Notes under the pieces: model-generated
What the model saw: only the letters and a program-made list of their open reading frames with translations
The model's database searches: none
Told to the model about the DNA's origin: nothing
From: an uncultured Gammaproteobacteria bacterium
Lineage (GTDB): Bacteria; Patescibacteriota; Microgenomatia; UBA1406; GWC2-37-13
Assembly (NCBI GenBank): GCA_964490875.1
Contig: CAZBEF010000007.1
Location: 5,241-69,240, forward strand
Direction: 5' to 3'
DNA length: 64,000 nucleotides
Part shown: positions 63,434 through 64,000 of the stretch, piece by piece
How positions within the stretch are numbered: position 1 is the stretch's first letter
Layout: every line of letters begins with the position of its first letter
Program-made: the position numbers and the translations under genes

Positions 63434-64000
63434 ATGAAAAAATATATTCCCTCCGAATTTGAACAGAAATGGGTGGATACATGGTTGAAAGAGAAGGTGT
63501 ATAGTCCGAAGTCCGAAGTCCGAAGTCTAAAGTCTGAAGTCGAAACTGTAAAGTCGGAGATGCAATATGTGTTGGTAATGTTTCCGTATCCTTCGGGTGC
63601 CGGGCTGCATGTGGGGCACGTCCGTGTATATACCGGCTCAGATGTGGTTGCCCGCTACTTCCGCATGATGGGGAAGCAGCTGCTGTTCCCGATGGGATGG
63701 GATGCATTCGGCCTGCCTGCCGAAAATGCAGCTATAAAAGCTAAAACAAATCCAAAAGAATTGGTGCCTCAATATATTGCCACCTTTAAGCGCCAGATTC
63801 AGATGCTGGGGTATTCGTACGACTGGGACCGCGAAATCGCCACTACAGACCCAAATTACTACAAATGGACTCAGTATCTGTTCATTGAATTCTTCAAAAT
63901 GGGTTTGTTGTACAAAAAAATGACGTCCGTATATTTCTGCGAATTCTGCAAAACCGGTTTGGCCGAAGAAGAAGTGTTACCAGATGGTAAACATGAACGC
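63434..64000 (+). CDS. leuS: leucyl-tRNA synthetase, 3'-partial
   Basis: Hand translation gives MKKYIPSEFEQKWVDTW..MFPYPSGAGLHVGHVRVYTGSDVVARY..PMGWDAFGLPAENAAIK..YDWDREIAT. The ORF is open to the window end. TACAAT-N7-ATG. Confidence 0.9.
   Translation, partial: MKKYIPSEFEQKWVDTWLKEKVYSPKSEVRSLKSEVETVKSEMQYVLVMFPYPSGAGLHVGHVRVYTGSDVVARYFRMMGKQLLFPMGWDAFGLPAENAAIKAKTNPKELVPQYIATFKRQIQMLGYSYDWDREIATTDPNYYKWTQYLFIEFFKMGLLYKKMTSVYFCEFCKTGLAEEEVLPDGKHER
63503..63558 (+). repeat. (AGTCCGA)n heptamer array (8 units) in-frame in leuS
   Basis: agtccga agtccga agtccga agtctaa agtctga agtcgaa actgtaa agtcgga encodes SPKSEVRSLKSEVETVKSE, just upstream of the PYPSG..HVGH region. Confidence 0.9.

Noticed and set aside
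37472-63558. The heptamer arrays as CRISPR repeats or simple phase-variation switches
   Set aside because: The units are 7 nt and contiguous, without spacers, and no cas genes are present. A change of one unit would frameshift essential genes, so classical on/off phase variation is unlikely. They are reported instead as an in-frame repeat family.
63426-63707. ORF 63426-63707 (-)
   Set aside because: It is antisense to the clearly recognisable leuS 5' region and includes the heptamer array read on the opposite strand.
1-64000. tRNA, rRNA and other canonical RNA genes
   Set aside because: A visual scan of all intergenic regions longer than 100 bp found no T-arm (GGTTCGAATCC-like) or anticodon-stem patterns and no rRNA-like conserved blocks. 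A tRNAscan/Infernal run would be needed for certainty.

Overview
64-kb window, roughly 40% GC, read with the standard genetic code (TGA and TAA are used as stops). No rRNA, tRNA or CRISPR array was recognised. All domain calls come from motif recognition by eye; no database search was run. The gene content suggests a small-genome uncultivated bacterium, possibly Patescibacteria/CPR-like, but that is an inference only. It rests on many PT-rich and Cys-rich secreted proteins, an archaeal-type TyrRS and many hypothetical proteins. Positions 1-34.5 kb form a cell-surface island. It holds a 5'-truncated tail-fibre-like repeat protein of more than 2,800 aa, two secreted proteins, and four tandem giant paralogues (1,544-1,983 aa). 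Each paralogue has an N-terminal signal anchor, a DUF2341-like domain and six LamG modules, and a receiver-only response regulator sits upstream of the array. Positions 34.5-64 kb carry housekeeping genes mixed with hypothetical and secreted proteins. The housekeeping set includes a GT-C/TPR glycosyltransferase, a P-type ATPase, transketolase, TyrRS, TrpRS, Tgt, the LeuRS 5' end, a histidine kinase, an RRM protein and an amidinotransferase-like enzyme. Five signals stand out. (1) A hairpin-armed inverted-repeat element occurs as short MITE-like copies, including in-frame copies inside tgt, the GT-C gene and tkt. In one copy the same arms precisely bracket a 97-aa GIY-YIG nuclease gene, which may be the autonomous form. 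(2) A heptanucleotide array (AGTCCGA)n is inserted in-frame in the ATPase, tkt, tyrS, tgt and leuS. The unit has no stop codon in any of the six frames and encodes SPKSEVR or SDFGLRT repeats. (3) In the LamG array, module 4 is near-identical in all four genes while the other modules diverge, and two different domains are nested inside module 1. (4) Many genes have a TATAAT box 5-8 nt upstream of the start codon, which implies leaderless mRNAs. (5) A stand-alone 39-aa peptide with 9 cysteines has a strong SD, a structured leader and its own terminator.
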